A stretch of 64,000 bases of DNA from an uncultured Gammaproteobacteria bacterium (GCA_963830105.1 CAWHLH010000005.1:154226-218225), one strand, 5' to 3'. Shown: positions 1 through 8,718, numbered from the stretch's first letter. Translations and numbers: made by a program. Notes: generated by a model not told the origin, from the sequence alone.

Positions 1-350
1 CGGATGTAATAGGGTTGTCTGCCCCGCCCTGTACCTTTCCATTCGTAGAACCCGTCGGCCGGCACCAGACAGCGCCGCTGCCGGAACGCGGCCCGGTAGG
101 CCGGCCGCTCGGCCAGGCTTTCGGCGCGGGCGTTGATCATCCTGTAGCCGATCTTAGGGTCCTTGGCCCAGGCAGGCACGAGCCCCCAGCGCAGCCACGT
201 CAGTTCCCGTCCGTCCCCGGCGGCGCATACGGCCGCGACGGCCTGGCCGGGTGCAATGTTGTAGCGGGGCGGCAGCACGGGCACCGAAGCCAGCTGGAAG
301 TGCTCGGCGATGCGTTCGGCGGGAGTGGCGAGGGTGAAGCGGCCGCACAT
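1..350 (-). CDS. SOS response-associated peptidase (SRAP/YedK/HMCES family), 5' end complete and 3' end truncated by the window edge
   Basis: Translating the minus strand from the ATG at 350 gives MCGRFTLATPAERIAEHF...RYNIAPGQ...LRWGLVPAWAKDP...NARAESL...AFRQRRCLVPADGFYEW. The N-terminal Met-Cys nucleophile and the conserved SRAP blocks are present. It is absent from the ORF track because there is no in-window stop. Confidence 0.6.
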   Translation of the reverse strand, partial: MCGRFTLATPAERIAEHFQLASVPVLPPRYNIAPGQAVAAVCAAGDGRELTWLRWGLVPAWAKDPKIGYRMINARAESLAERPAYRAAFRQRRCLVPADGFYEWKGTGRGRQPYYI

Positions 351-814
351 GGGAAAGAAGCCTAAATGATGGGTGCAGAATTACAAGCGCCTAGACGCTG
401 CTGAGTTCCCTGTGTACTGACGCTCTTTCACTGTGAATTCTGCACTCTGTGCTCTGCACTGGTGGGACTACTAGAGGTAGGGTGCAATAACCGAAGGGCA
501 TCGCGCCGTATACACGTCTCATGCCCAGGCTGTACCACAGCCCGAAAGAAAAAATGCGCCACGGAATCCACGGAAAACACGGAAAGAAACATTCGTCTGC
601 AGGTGCGGCAGCACCGGCTGGTGCTGTTGTTGAACAGGGCCACGGTGCTGTGACGCCAGTTTTTCCGTCCGTGGGTTCCGAGGCTCTTCAGAATACAAGG
701 GCGCAATGCCCTTCGGTCAATGCGCCGCGCCGGTAAAAACTTCACCGAACACAAGAACGCACGGGAGACGGAAAATGGTGAACGGCGCTGTCTGTCGATA
801 CTATTCAATGTCCA

Positions 815-1444
815 TTATCGTTCGTTGTACGAGCGCATCAGGCCCACCAGAACGCCCTGGATGATGACCTGCTCGGGGCGGTAGCGTTGTGATTCCAGGG
901 CGGCGTTGGCCGGATGGAGGATCACTGCGCCGGGCCGTTGTTCGATGCGCTTGAGGGTGGCTTCCTCGCCGTCGATCAGGGCCACCACGATTTCGCCGTT
1001 GCGGGCGCTGTCCCGTTGCTCGATGATCACCCGGTCGCCGTCCAGGATGCCTTCCTCGATCATGGAATCGCCGCGTACTTCCAGCACATAGCAGGGGCGG
1101 GCGGTGCGCAGGGCCGGGGGGATTGGAACCGGTTCCGGGTTGGGGACGGCTTCAATGGGCCGGCCGGCGGCGATGTAGCCCAGCCAGGGCAGAGTGTCCT
1201 CGCTTTGCCCGCGGTCACGGGACAGCCGGATGCCGCGCTGCTTGCCGTCCATGGGCTCCACCAGGCCGGCGGCGACCAGGGCCCGGATCTGTTTATGCAG
1301 GGAGCCGCGCGAGCGCAGGCCCAGCTCCCGGCACAGCATATCCAGGGTGGGCGGTGAGGCGCCCGCGGCTGCCCGCTCCAGCAGGTGCTCATGGATTTCC
1401 CGCTGTCGGCGGGTCAGATCAGCAATGGCTTGTCTGTTCTCCAT
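815..1444 (-). CDS. lexA: LexA transcriptional repressor (S24 peptidase)
   Basis: 209 aa. It has an N-terminal winged HTH, a Pro-rich linker, and a C-terminal S24 autopeptidase with the ...VRGDSMIEEGILDGD... Ser-Lys dyad region. Confidence 0.9.
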   Translation of the reverse strand: MENRQAIADLTRRQREIHEHLLERAAAGASPPTLDMLCRELGLRSRGSLHKQIRALVAAGLVEPMDGKQRGIRLSRDRGQSEDTLPWLGYIAAGRPIEAVPNPEPVPIPPALRTARPCYVLEVRGDSMIEEGILDGDRVIIEQRDSARNGEIVVALIDGEEATLKRIEQRPGAVILHPANAALESQRYRPEQVIIQGVLVGLMRSYNER

Positions 1445-1490
1445 CGGTTCTATAGTATCACGATAGAGAACGAATGGAGAACAGACAAGC
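1431..1490. promoter_or_regulatory. Extended imperfect palindrome spanning the divergent start codons; it contains GTTC-N7-GTTC (1435-1449) and GAAC-N7-GAAC (1467-1481) motifs and is a putative LexA operator
   Basis: The sequence is gtctgttctccatcggttctatag tatcac gatagagaacgaatggagaacagac. The outer 13 nt are perfectly inverted, and both divergent proteins start MENRQA as a consequence. Confidence 0.45.
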
Positions 1491-3915
1491 CATGTCCCTG
1501 CCCGCCGCCCAAGTCCCGGATGAGGCCGCTGCCGCCCAGTCGGATCGCGTTGCTGCTCTGGTAGGGCGCCTGAAGCGCAAGTACCGGGGCCGAATCACCG
1601 GCGAACTGGTGGTCCCGGCAAAGCCGGGCCGCTATGACCCTTTCCCTCCAGACCTGGAGCCACGGCTTGCGCAGGCCTTGCGCACCCGCGGTGTGGAGCG
1701 CCTGTACAGTCATCAGCGGGCGGCGTGGGACGCGGTCCGCGCCGCCCGCCACACCGTGGTGGTCACGCCCACCGCCTCCGGCAAGACCCTGTGCTACAAC
1801 CTGCCCGTGCTGCAAGCCGCCTTGCAGGACAAGGCGAAGGCCCTGTACCTGTTTCCCACCAAGGCCCTGTCCCAGGATCAGGTGGCCGAGATCCTGGAAC
1901 TGAACCGCGGCGGGGAACTGGGGGTGCGTGCCTACACCTTCGACGGCGACACCCCGGGCGATGCGCGCAAGGCGGTGCGCACCCGCGGGGACATCGTGGT
2001 GTCCAACCCGGACATGCTGCACCAGGGCATCCTGCCGCATCACACCAAGTGGGCCCAGTTCTTCGAGAACCTGCGTTATGTGGTGATCGACGAAATGCAC
2101 ACCTACCGCGGCGTGTTCGGCTCCCATGTGGCCAATGTGCTGCGCCGTCTGCGGCGCATCTGCCGCTTCTACGGCAGCGAGCCGGTGTTCATCCTGTGCT
2201 CGGCCACCATCGCCAACCCCGGGGAACTGGCCGAGCAGCTGATCGAAGCGCCGGTGCGGACCATCGACGAGAGCGGCGCGCCCCAGGGGGCGAAACAACT
2301 GCTGCTGTGGAACCCGCCGGTGATCAACCCGGACCTGGGCATCCGAGCCTCGGCCCGTTCCCAGACCACCCGCATCGCGCGCTATGCGGTGAAAAGCGGG
2401 CTGAAGACCATTCTGTTCACCCAGACCCGTCTGATGGTGGAGGTGCTCACCAAGTACCTCAAGGACGTGTTCGACCGGGACCCGCGCCGTCCGCCGCGGG
2501 TGCGGGCCTACCGGGGCGGCTATCTGCCCACGGAACGCCGCGATACCGAGCGCAAGCTGCGGGCGGGCTCGGTGGACTGCGTGATCTCCACCTCGGCCCT
2601 GGAGCTGGGCGTGGACATCGGCGCTTTGGATGTGTGCGTGCTGAACGGCTATCCGGGCACCATTGCCGGGACCTGGCAGCGACTGGGCCGGGCAGGGCGC
2701 CGCAACCGGCCGGCCCTGGGGGTGCTGGTGGCTACCAGCGAGCCGCTGGATCAGTACATCGTGCGCAATCCGGATTTCTTCCTGGGAGCGTCGCCGGAGC
2801 ATGCGCGCATCGATCCCGACCAGTTGCTGATCCTCATGGACCATATCCGCTGTGCGGCCTTCGAGCTGGTCTTTCGTGAGGGCGAACGCTTCGGCAAGGA
2901 AGACCTTCCGGAATGTCTCGCCTACCTGGAGGAAGAGGGCGTGCTGCATCGCGAAGGCGAACGCTGGCACTGGATGGATGACAGCTATCCGGCCAACAGC
3001 GTGAGCCTGCGCTCGGTGGCCGAGGGCAATTTCGTGGTCATCGACATTACCGACGGCGGTAAGCAGGTGATCGCCGAAGTGGACTACACCAGCGCGCCGG
3101 TGACCCTTTACGAAGGAGCGATCTACATGGTGCAGGCCAGGCCCTGGCAGGTGGAGCGCCTGGACTGGGAAGGACGCAAGGCGTTCGTGCGCCAGACCGA
3201 GGCCGACTACTACACCGACGCCATCGACTACACGAGACTGAAGATTCTGGAGGACTTCGAGCGGGCCTCGGGCCGCGGCGCCCATTGCGCCCGGGGCGAG
3301 GTGCACGTGGTGCGGCGGGTGGCCGGCTACAAGAAGATCCGCTATTACACCCACGACAACGTGGGCTACGGCAACGTGGACCTGCCCGACCAGGAAATGC
3401 ACACCACGGCTGTGTGGTGGCAGGTGGACAGCAGCGCCCTGGAGGCCGCCTTCGAAAGCCGCTGGCAGGCCCTGGACGGCTTTCTCGGCGCCGCCTATGC
3501 CATGCATTCGGTGGCCGCCCTGCTCACCATGTCCGAGCTGCGCGACCTGGGCCGCGCGGTGGGCGACGGGCAGGGTACCTGGTTCGCCACTGTGGACACC
3601 GACGGACGCGGGCGCATGCGCGGCGCGGACGGCGAACCCGTGGAAGCCGACACGCATGGCTTCGTGCCCACCGTGTTCCTGTACGACAACTATCCCGGCG
3701 GCGTCGGGCTGTCGGCGCCGCTGTTCGATCTGCGCGGGAAGGTGCTCGCAGGCGCCCATGCCCTGGTCACGAGCTGCGGCTGCCGCAACGGGTGCCCGGC
3801 CTGCGTGGGCCCGATCCTGGCCAGTGAAGAAACGCGTGGCGGATCGCCCAAGGCCGCCGCTCTGCGGGTGATCGATCTGTTGGCCGCGGGGCGTTCCAGC
3901 CGTGAGCACGCTTAG
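1474..3915 (+). CDS. DEAD/DEAH-box helicase with a C-terminal DUF1998/MZB zinc-binding domain (MrfA/YprA-like)
   Basis: 813 aa. It has a Walker A motif (TPTASGKT), a DEMH box (VIDEMHTYRG), a helicase C-terminal domain, and a C-terminal 4-Cys cluster (SCGCRNGCPAC). It overlaps the downstream gene by 14 nt. Confidence 0.8.
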   Translation: MENRQAMSLPAAQVPDEAAAAQSDRVAALVGRLKRKYRGRITGELVVPAKPGRYDPFPPDLEPRLAQALRTRGVERLYSHQRAAWDAVRAARHTVVVTPTASGKTLCYNLPVLQAALQDKAKALYLFPTKALSQDQVAEILELNRGGELGVRAYTFDGDTPGDARKAVRTRGDIVVSNPDMLHQGILPHHTKWAQFFENLRYVVIDEMHTYRGVFGSHVANVLRRLRRICRFYGSEPVFILCSATIANPGELAEQLIEAPVRTIDESGAPQGAKQLLLWNPPVINPDLGIRASARSQTTRIARYAVKSGLKTILFTQTRLMVEVLTKYLKDVFDRDPRRPPRVRAYRGGYLPTERRDTERKLRAGSVDCVISTSALELGVDIGALDVCVLNGYPGTIAGTWQRLGRAGRRNRPALGVLVATSEPLDQYIVRNPDFFLGASPEHARIDPDQLLILMDHIRCAAFELVFREGERFGKEDLPECLAYLEEEGVLHREGERWHWMDDSYPANSVSLRSVAEGNFVVIDITDGGKQVIAEVDYTSAPVTLYEGAIYMVQARPWQVERLDWEGRKAFVRQTEADYYTDAIDYTRLKILEDFERASGRGAHCARGEVHVVRRVAGYKKIRYYTHDNVGYGNVDLPDQEMHTTAVWWQVDSSALEAAFESRWQALDGFLGAAYAMHSVAALLTMSELRDLGRAVGDGQGTWFATVDTDGRGRMRGADGEPVEADTHGFVPTVFLYDNYPGGVGLSAPLFDLRGKVLAGAHALVTSCGCRNGCPACVGPILASEETRGGSPKAAALRVIDLLAAGRSSREHA

Positions 3916-5125
3916 GGACAGACTGGGCAAGCTCCAGTCGACCGACCCGGCTCTCACCCAGGCGGCCCAGGTTCGCTCTGGCCTGGGCGAGCGCATGCAG
4001 CGCCTGCGTGGCGCCGATCCCGAGCGGAGCGAGAAGGACAACGCGGTGCTGGCCGAGCGGCTCGGCGGTGACTGCATCGCCGAAGGCGTCATTGCGGTAC
4101 GGGAGACGTTGGCCCTGGAGCATGGTCATGGGCGCGTGCGTCTGCGCGAGGCGTTCGCGACGTCGTTGGACGCGCTTGCTCCCGGTCGGTCCGTAGGCAT
4201 CGAGGACCTGGTATTCATGGATACCGAGACCACCGGCCTGGCCGGCGGAACCGGTACGGTCGTGTTTCTGCTGGGGTTGGCGCGACTGGGGCCTGCAGGT
4301 CTGGAACTCATGCAGTTGGTGCTGACCCGCTTCTCCGGGGAAGCCGCGCTGCTGGAGGCGGGCCGTGAGTGGATGGCCCGCGGGCAGGCCGTGGTCACTT
4401 TCAACGGCCGCAGCTTCGATGTACCCCTGCTGACCGCCCGGTATCGCCTCAAGGGTCGGACGGATCCGTTTTCAGCGTTGCCCCAAATCGATCTGCTGCA
4501 TCCCACCCGGCGTGCTTTTGCGCGGCACTGGCCGGATTGCCGCCTGCAGAGCGCCGAACAGCGGCTGCTGGATTTTCACCGTCGCGATGATCTGCCTGGT
4601 GCCATGGCGCCCCAGGCGTGGTTCGACTGGGTACGGCGCGGCTCCATGGCGCTGCTGCCCGCGGTGGCGAAACACAACCGCTGGGACTTGCTTTCCCTGG
4701 CGGCGCTGGTGCCGGTTCTGGAAGACGTGTACCGCGACCCGGGAGCCTGGGGCGGAGATCCGCTGGCGGTGGCCCGTTTTCAACGGGGGCGGGGGGACGG
4801 CGCCAGTGCCCTGGCCATGCTGGAGGCCTACGGGCATAACCTCTGTCCCGCCGGCTCCAACGAACTGGCGCGGCTGCATCGCGACCAGGGCGACTGGGCG
4901 GCAGCGGTCGCCATCTGGCGGCGGTTGGCCGCTGACGACAACGTCGAAGCCCTGGAACGCCTGAGCAAGTTCTACGAGCATGTGTGCGGGGATTTTGCAC
5001 AGGCCTTGCACTATGCTGAACGATTGGCGCTGGTGGAGCGCGCCAATCCGGCTCACGCGCACCGCTTGCAGCGTCTTCATTCCCGTCTTGGACGACGGGT
5101 TTCCTTGGCGGCGGGCGGTTCCTGA
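3902..5125 (+). CDS. RNase H-like DEDD 3'-5' exonuclease (YprB/MrfB-like, RNase_H_2 fold) with a C-terminal TPR-like region
   Basis: 407 aa. It carries LVFMDTETTGL (exonuclease motif I), VTFNGRSFDVPLL, a DLLHPTRR...CRLQSAEQRLL block, and an HNRWDLLSL block, all typical of the YprB family. The C-terminus has helical repeats. Confidence 0.7.
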   Translation: MSTLRDRLGKLQSTDPALTQAAQVRSGLGERMQRLRGADPERSEKDNAVLAERLGGDCIAEGVIAVRETLALEHGHGRVRLREAFATSLDALAPGRSVGIEDLVFMDTETTGLAGGTGTVVFLLGLARLGPAGLELMQLVLTRFSGEAALLEAGREWMARGQAVVTFNGRSFDVPLLTARYRLKGRTDPFSALPQIDLLHPTRRAFARHWPDCRLQSAEQRLLDFHRRDDLPGAMAPQAWFDWVRRGSMALLPAVAKHNRWDLLSLAALVPVLEDVYRDPGAWGGDPLAVARFQRGRGDGASALAMLEAYGHNLCPAGSNELARLHRDQGDWAAAVAIWRRLAADDNVEALERLSKFYEHVCGDFAQALHYAERLALVERANPAHAHRLQRLHSRLGRRVSLAAGGS

Positions 5126-5265
5126 TACCATCCCATCCGTTGCCTCGTTCCGGGCACTCCCCGGGCTGCAGTAAGACGCCGCCCGCGCCATTGGCCGGCA
5201 GTCCGACGGGGATTCCGGACACGGTGCGTCACCCCAGCGCCTTTCAACACAACAGAGGATGCCCT

Positions 5266-5550
5266 ATGCCCAATGACAACTCTGCCTACCCTCAGACCTG
5301 GAACGGATCAGTCCCCAGCCATCGGGAAAGACGACTGCACGAAACCTACGAGTGGATACACATCCTTAACGATTCACTCTCCAGTTTGTTCTTCGTGATC
5401 GGCAGTGTCTTCTTCTTCTATCCCAGCATGCAGGACTACGGCACCTGGCTTTTTCTGATCGGCAGTATCCAGATGCTGATCGGCCCCATGATCCGGATAG
5501 CCAACAAGCTGCACGTGCGCAACATCCGCAAGGAGCTCATTCACTGGTGA
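5266..5550 (+). CDS. Small two-helix membrane protein (YrhK-like)
   Basis: There is an RBS (agagga) before the ATG at 5266. The hydrophobic stretches are ILNDSLSSLFFVIGSVFFFY and WLFLIGSIQMLIGPMI. Confidence 0.45.
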   Translation: MPNDNSAYPQTWNGSVPSHRERRLHETYEWIHILNDSLSSLFFVIGSVFFFYPSMQDYGTWLFLIGSIQMLIGPMIRIANKLHVRNIRKELIHW

Positions 5551-5582
5551 GCGTTGTTTCGGTGCGTCGACAGGAGACCACC

Positions 5583-6086
5583 ATGGACCAGATTCGAATC
5601 GCACCGGCCGGCATAGAGGACGTGCCTGTCATTCACGAGATGATCGGCGCTTTGGCCGACCATCTGGGCTTCGCCCACGAGTTGGTGGCCACCGAAGGCG
5701 ATTTGCATGATGCGCTGTTCGGCGCACGCCCCAGGGCGGAAGTCGTACTTGCCTACGTGGGCGATGCACCGGCCGGCTTTGTGCTCTTTTACAACAACTA
5801 TTCCACGTTCCGCGGGCGCTGCGGCATTCATGTGGAGGACCTGTACGTGCTGCCGGCCTGGCGGGGCAAGCGGATCGGACGCCGGTTGTTGGCGCATATC
5901 GCCCGTTTGACTCTTGAGCGCGGGTGCAGTCGCCTGGAGTGGTGGGTGCTGGCCAGGGACGAACGCGCATCGCGTTTCTACGAGCAATTGGGCGCCACGG
6001 CGAAGGACGAATGGACGGTGTACCGGCTGAAGGGCGAGCCGCTGGTGCAGCTCGCCAGGGAAGTGCAGGGGCGGGAACCGGGGTGA
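5583..6086 (+). CDS. GNAT family N-acetyltransferase
   Basis: It has an acetyl-CoA binding block (LYVLPAWRGKRIGRRLLAHI) and a typical GNAT length of about 167 aa. Confidence 0.8.
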   Translation: MDQIRIAPAGIEDVPVIHEMIGALADHLGFAHELVATEGDLHDALFGARPRAEVVLAYVGDAPAGFVLFYNNYSTFRGRCGIHVEDLYVLPAWRGKRIGRRLLAHIARLTLERGCSRLEWWVLARDERASRFYEQLGATAKDEWTVYRLKGEPLVQLAREVQGREPG

Positions 6087-6566
6087 CGGCGGGTATCGTT
6101 CCTCGGACGGACCGCAAGGCCGTGAAACGGACATTGGCGGGACAGTCCCGCGGGTTTGGCCAGGCGGTGGAGCCGCCCCATGTGCCACTGTGGTCGTAGG
6201 TTGGGCTGAGGAGCGCGAAGCCCAACAGACTCCGTAGGAATGCGTCGTACCCGTCTGGTGTGAGAGGGTTCCGCCGTCCGACTGGAACATTTCCGCGGCT
6301 GGACAATAAGTAGTGATACCCACCGCTGTGCGGCGGCAGGTATTCACAGCGACGCGCACCCCGGCTGCGCAGAAGGACCAGGAGTGGCCCGGGGGCGTGC
6401 CATGCGTTCCCTTTTTCTTGCAGGGCTTATGTGCCTGCTGTTCACGGAGCCCGGGCTCGCCCTGGACATCACCATCGATTTTGCGCAGAAGGGTACGGGT
6501 GTCAATCTGCCCAGCGGCCCCAACTGTAACGGTGCGGGTGCCGCTCTGAAAATGAGGGAGACTCGA

Positions 6567-7181
6567 ATGGCGAGCTGGAACATCCAAGGGCAGTATATGG
6601 AGACCTGCAACTGCGATTTCATATGCCCCTGCATTGGATCGAACCTGACGGCACGTCCCACCGAAGGCGATTGCAAGGCGGCGATCGCCCTGCGTATCGA
6701 CGAGGGGCGGAAGGATGGTGTCGCGTTGGACGGTTTGGCCTTCATCGTTCTCGCACACTCGCCGGGGCCCAGGGCCGACGGGAACATCAAGGTCGGTCTC
6801 ATCGTCGACGAAAATGCGGATGACGCGCAGACCGAGGCCATCAGTCAGATTGCTACGGGCGCCGCTGGTGGGCCGATGACGATACTGGCCCCGCTGGTGA
6901 GCGAAATTGTCGGCGTGGAGAAGCGGCCGATCCGGTTTGAGGTGGATGGTCTGAACCGTGCGGTCATGGCCGGTGAGCTGATCGACCAGGCCCTGACGGG
7001 GGTACCGAGCCTTTCCAAGGAGGGCGAGCCGATCTGTCTGGACAACACGGCCCATCCGGTGTCCGACAGACTCGCCCTGGCCAAGGCGACCCACAGCCGG
7101 TTCCACGCCTTCGGCATCGATTGGGACGACGCAAGCGGTCTGCGCAACGGCCATTTCGCTCCGTTCTCCTGGGCCGCCTGA
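6567..7181 (+). CDS. DUF1326 family protein (the in-frame upstream ATG at 6384/6402 would add a signal-peptide-like extension)
   Basis: The N-terminal W-x-G-x-Y-x-E-x-C-N-C-D-x-x-C-P-C motif (MASWNIQGQYMETCNCDFICPC) is diagnostic of DUF1326. A gagggag RBS precedes the ATG at 6567. Confidence 0.6.
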   Translation: MASWNIQGQYMETCNCDFICPCIGSNLTARPTEGDCKAAIALRIDEGRKDGVALDGLAFIVLAHSPGPRADGNIKVGLIVDENADDAQTEAISQIATGAAGGPMTILAPLVSEIVGVEKRPIRFEVDGLNRAVMAGELIDQALTGVPSLSKEGEPICLDNTAHPVSDRLALAKATHSRFHAFGIDWDDASGLRNGHFAPFSWAA

Positions 7182-7404
7182 ACGCAGCGCCGTCCTTTCC
7201 TCGCACGGCGTTGGGCTGCAGCTCTTGCGTTCAGAGTTCCGGGGGCTCTGGGTCTGCACGTGAGTGCTGGCAGCATCGAAGGTCCGCGGGCTGTCAGCAG
7301 GTGCCCTGCACCCGGTGTCCGTTTCAAGGCGATGGGTAAGGCGTCTGCCAATCTGACCCCGGAGCTGCGGCTGCAGCCGCCTGACGTGGGGGTGTTGGCC
7401 ACCG

Positions 7405-7525
7405 GTGAGCACAAGGCGCGGTTCTACGAGCAATTGGGTGCGGCCGCCACGGACGAATGGACGCTCTATCGCGTGCGGGGTGAATCTCTGGCGCTGCTCG
7501 CTGGCGAGCCGCAGGTGGCGGGGCT
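7405..7525 (+). pseudogene. Diverged remnant of the 3' end of a GNAT gene (a paralogous fragment of 5975-6086)
   Basis: About 110 nt at roughly 80% identity to the 3' end of the GNAT CDS at 5583-6086. It is in frame as ...ARFYEQLGAAATDEWTLYRVRGESLALLAGEPQVA versus ...SRFYEQLGATAKDEWTVYRLKGEPLVQLAREVQG. There is no N-terminal part, no start and no RBS. Confidence 0.5.
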
Positions 7526-7635
7526 GGACGGACGGCGTGCGGGGCATAATCGATGCGGGCTGGCGCTGAAACCGACTGCCGGTAGGCGTTATAATCGGCT
7601 GCGATCTGGACAGGCAGCTGGGTGGCGGCTTAGGG

Positions 7636-8082
7636 GTGCGCAAGGAACTCTACACAGAAATCGAAATCGCTGCGGATGCCGGCCGGGTTTGGGATGTACT
7701 TACCGACTTTGCGCGGTTCCCGGAGTGGAACCCGTTTATCCGCAGCATCCAGGGCGAGCGGGAAATCGGCGCGCGGTTGTCCGTGCGGATCGAACCGCCC
7801 GGGGGACGCCCGATGGCGTTTCGGCCCATGGTGGTCACGGTGCGCCCACGGGGGGAACTGGGTTGGATCGGTCGCCTGGGCGTCCCGGGACTTTTCGATG
7901 GCGAGCACAGTTTTCGGATCGATCCGCTGACGGGCGGACGGGTCAACTTCATTCAGCGCGAAGTCTTTACCGGCGTGCTGGTGCCGCTCGTATGGCGTGC
8001 TCTCAATCGCCGGGTGCGGGCGGGCTTTGAAGCGATGAACGCGGCCTTGCGCGCGCGTGCGGAAGGCGCAGGCGAACAATAG
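7636..8082 (+). CDS. SRPBCC (Bet v1-like / polyketide cyclase-dehydrase) family protein
   Basis: 148 aa. The N-terminal E-I-x-I-x-A-x-x-x-x-V-W-x-x-L-T-D-F-x-x-x-P-x-W-N-P pattern is characteristic of this family. Confidence 0.65.
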   Translation: MRKELYTEIEIAADAGRVWDVLTDFARFPEWNPFIRSIQGEREIGARLSVRIEPPGGRPMAFRPMVVTVRPRGELGWIGRLGVPGLFDGEHSFRIDPLTGGRVNFIQREVFTGVLVPLVWRALNRRVRAGFEAMNAALRARAEGAGEQ

Positions 8083-8109
8083 ACGGGATGGCATTCACGG
8101 GAGGCGAAA

Positions 8110-8718
8110 TTGGCTGAAGCTGAGGAAATGACAGCGCGGGAGCGTTTGCGCCGCGCCCAGAAACTCTTGAGCGAGGGTAAATCGGAGTCGTTGGCGCTGG
8201 CCGCACGGGAGCTCATTCAGGGGTTTGACGAACGCCAGCGCGACTACGACGAGGCACGCAGGGAGTTGAAGCGAAAGAAGCGCCAGGGCTGGAGCGTGGC
8301 GCAGCTCGGCATCAAGGTGGAGAAGGCCTACAAGAGCGCCGACGCGATCATAGAGATTTCAGTATTCGATCGTGTGCCCGAGCGCACCGTGATCAGTCTC
8401 TATCACACGCCGGTCGGCAAGCAGATGAAGGCCAGAGCGAAGCGCCTTGCCGAGGGTCTGGCGAGTCTGGACCATGCCGTGCCCGCAGATCCGATGGCGG
8501 CCGAGTGGCGCGAACTGCTCCGTCAGAGCAGTGCGGACCTGGATGCTGCCACCCGAGGGACGTTGCTGGCGCCTCCGATGCTCAACAAGAAGGCGACCAA
8601 GATGCATTTCGCCGTGGAAGATGTGGAGGGGGATCGCGCTGACGCAATCCGTGAAGCGCTCGAGCTGATTGGTGTGCGCTACAAACTTCACGCGCGGTGC
8701 CTGGACCGCCTCCCCTGA
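8110..8718 (+). CDS. Hypothetical protein
   Basis: 202-aa ORF with coding-like codon usage; no family recognised. It is convergent with the PilZ gene. Confidence 0.35.
   Translation: MAEAEEMTARERLRRAQKLLSEGKSESLALAARELIQGFDERQRDYDEARRELKRKKRQGWSVAQLGIKVEKAYKSADAIIEISVFDRVPERTVISLYHTPVGKQMKARAKRLAEGLASLDHAVPADPMAAEWRELLRQSSADLDAATRGTLLAPPMLNKKATKMHFAVEDVEGDRADAIREALELIGVRYKLHARCLDRLP

Noticed and set aside
15-365. 116-aa plus-strand ORF at the window start
   Set aside because: The opposite strand encodes a clear SRAP N-terminus (MCGRF...), and the plus-strand product has no features.
353-815. Gamma-type LexA box (CTGT-N8-ACAG), searched for upstream of the SRAP gene and around lexA
   Set aside because: I found no match. 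The nearest is CTGT-N8-CACT near position 440.
1450-4092. 880-aa minus-strand ORF
   Set aside because: It is antisense to the helicase gene, whose Walker A, DEMH and DUF1998 motifs are clear on the plus strand.
7260-8030. 256-aa plus-strand ORF
   Set aside because: The frame runs through the GNAT remnant and into the SRPBCC gene in another frame. There is no RBS or start context, so I treat it as non-coding except for the pseudogene fragment.
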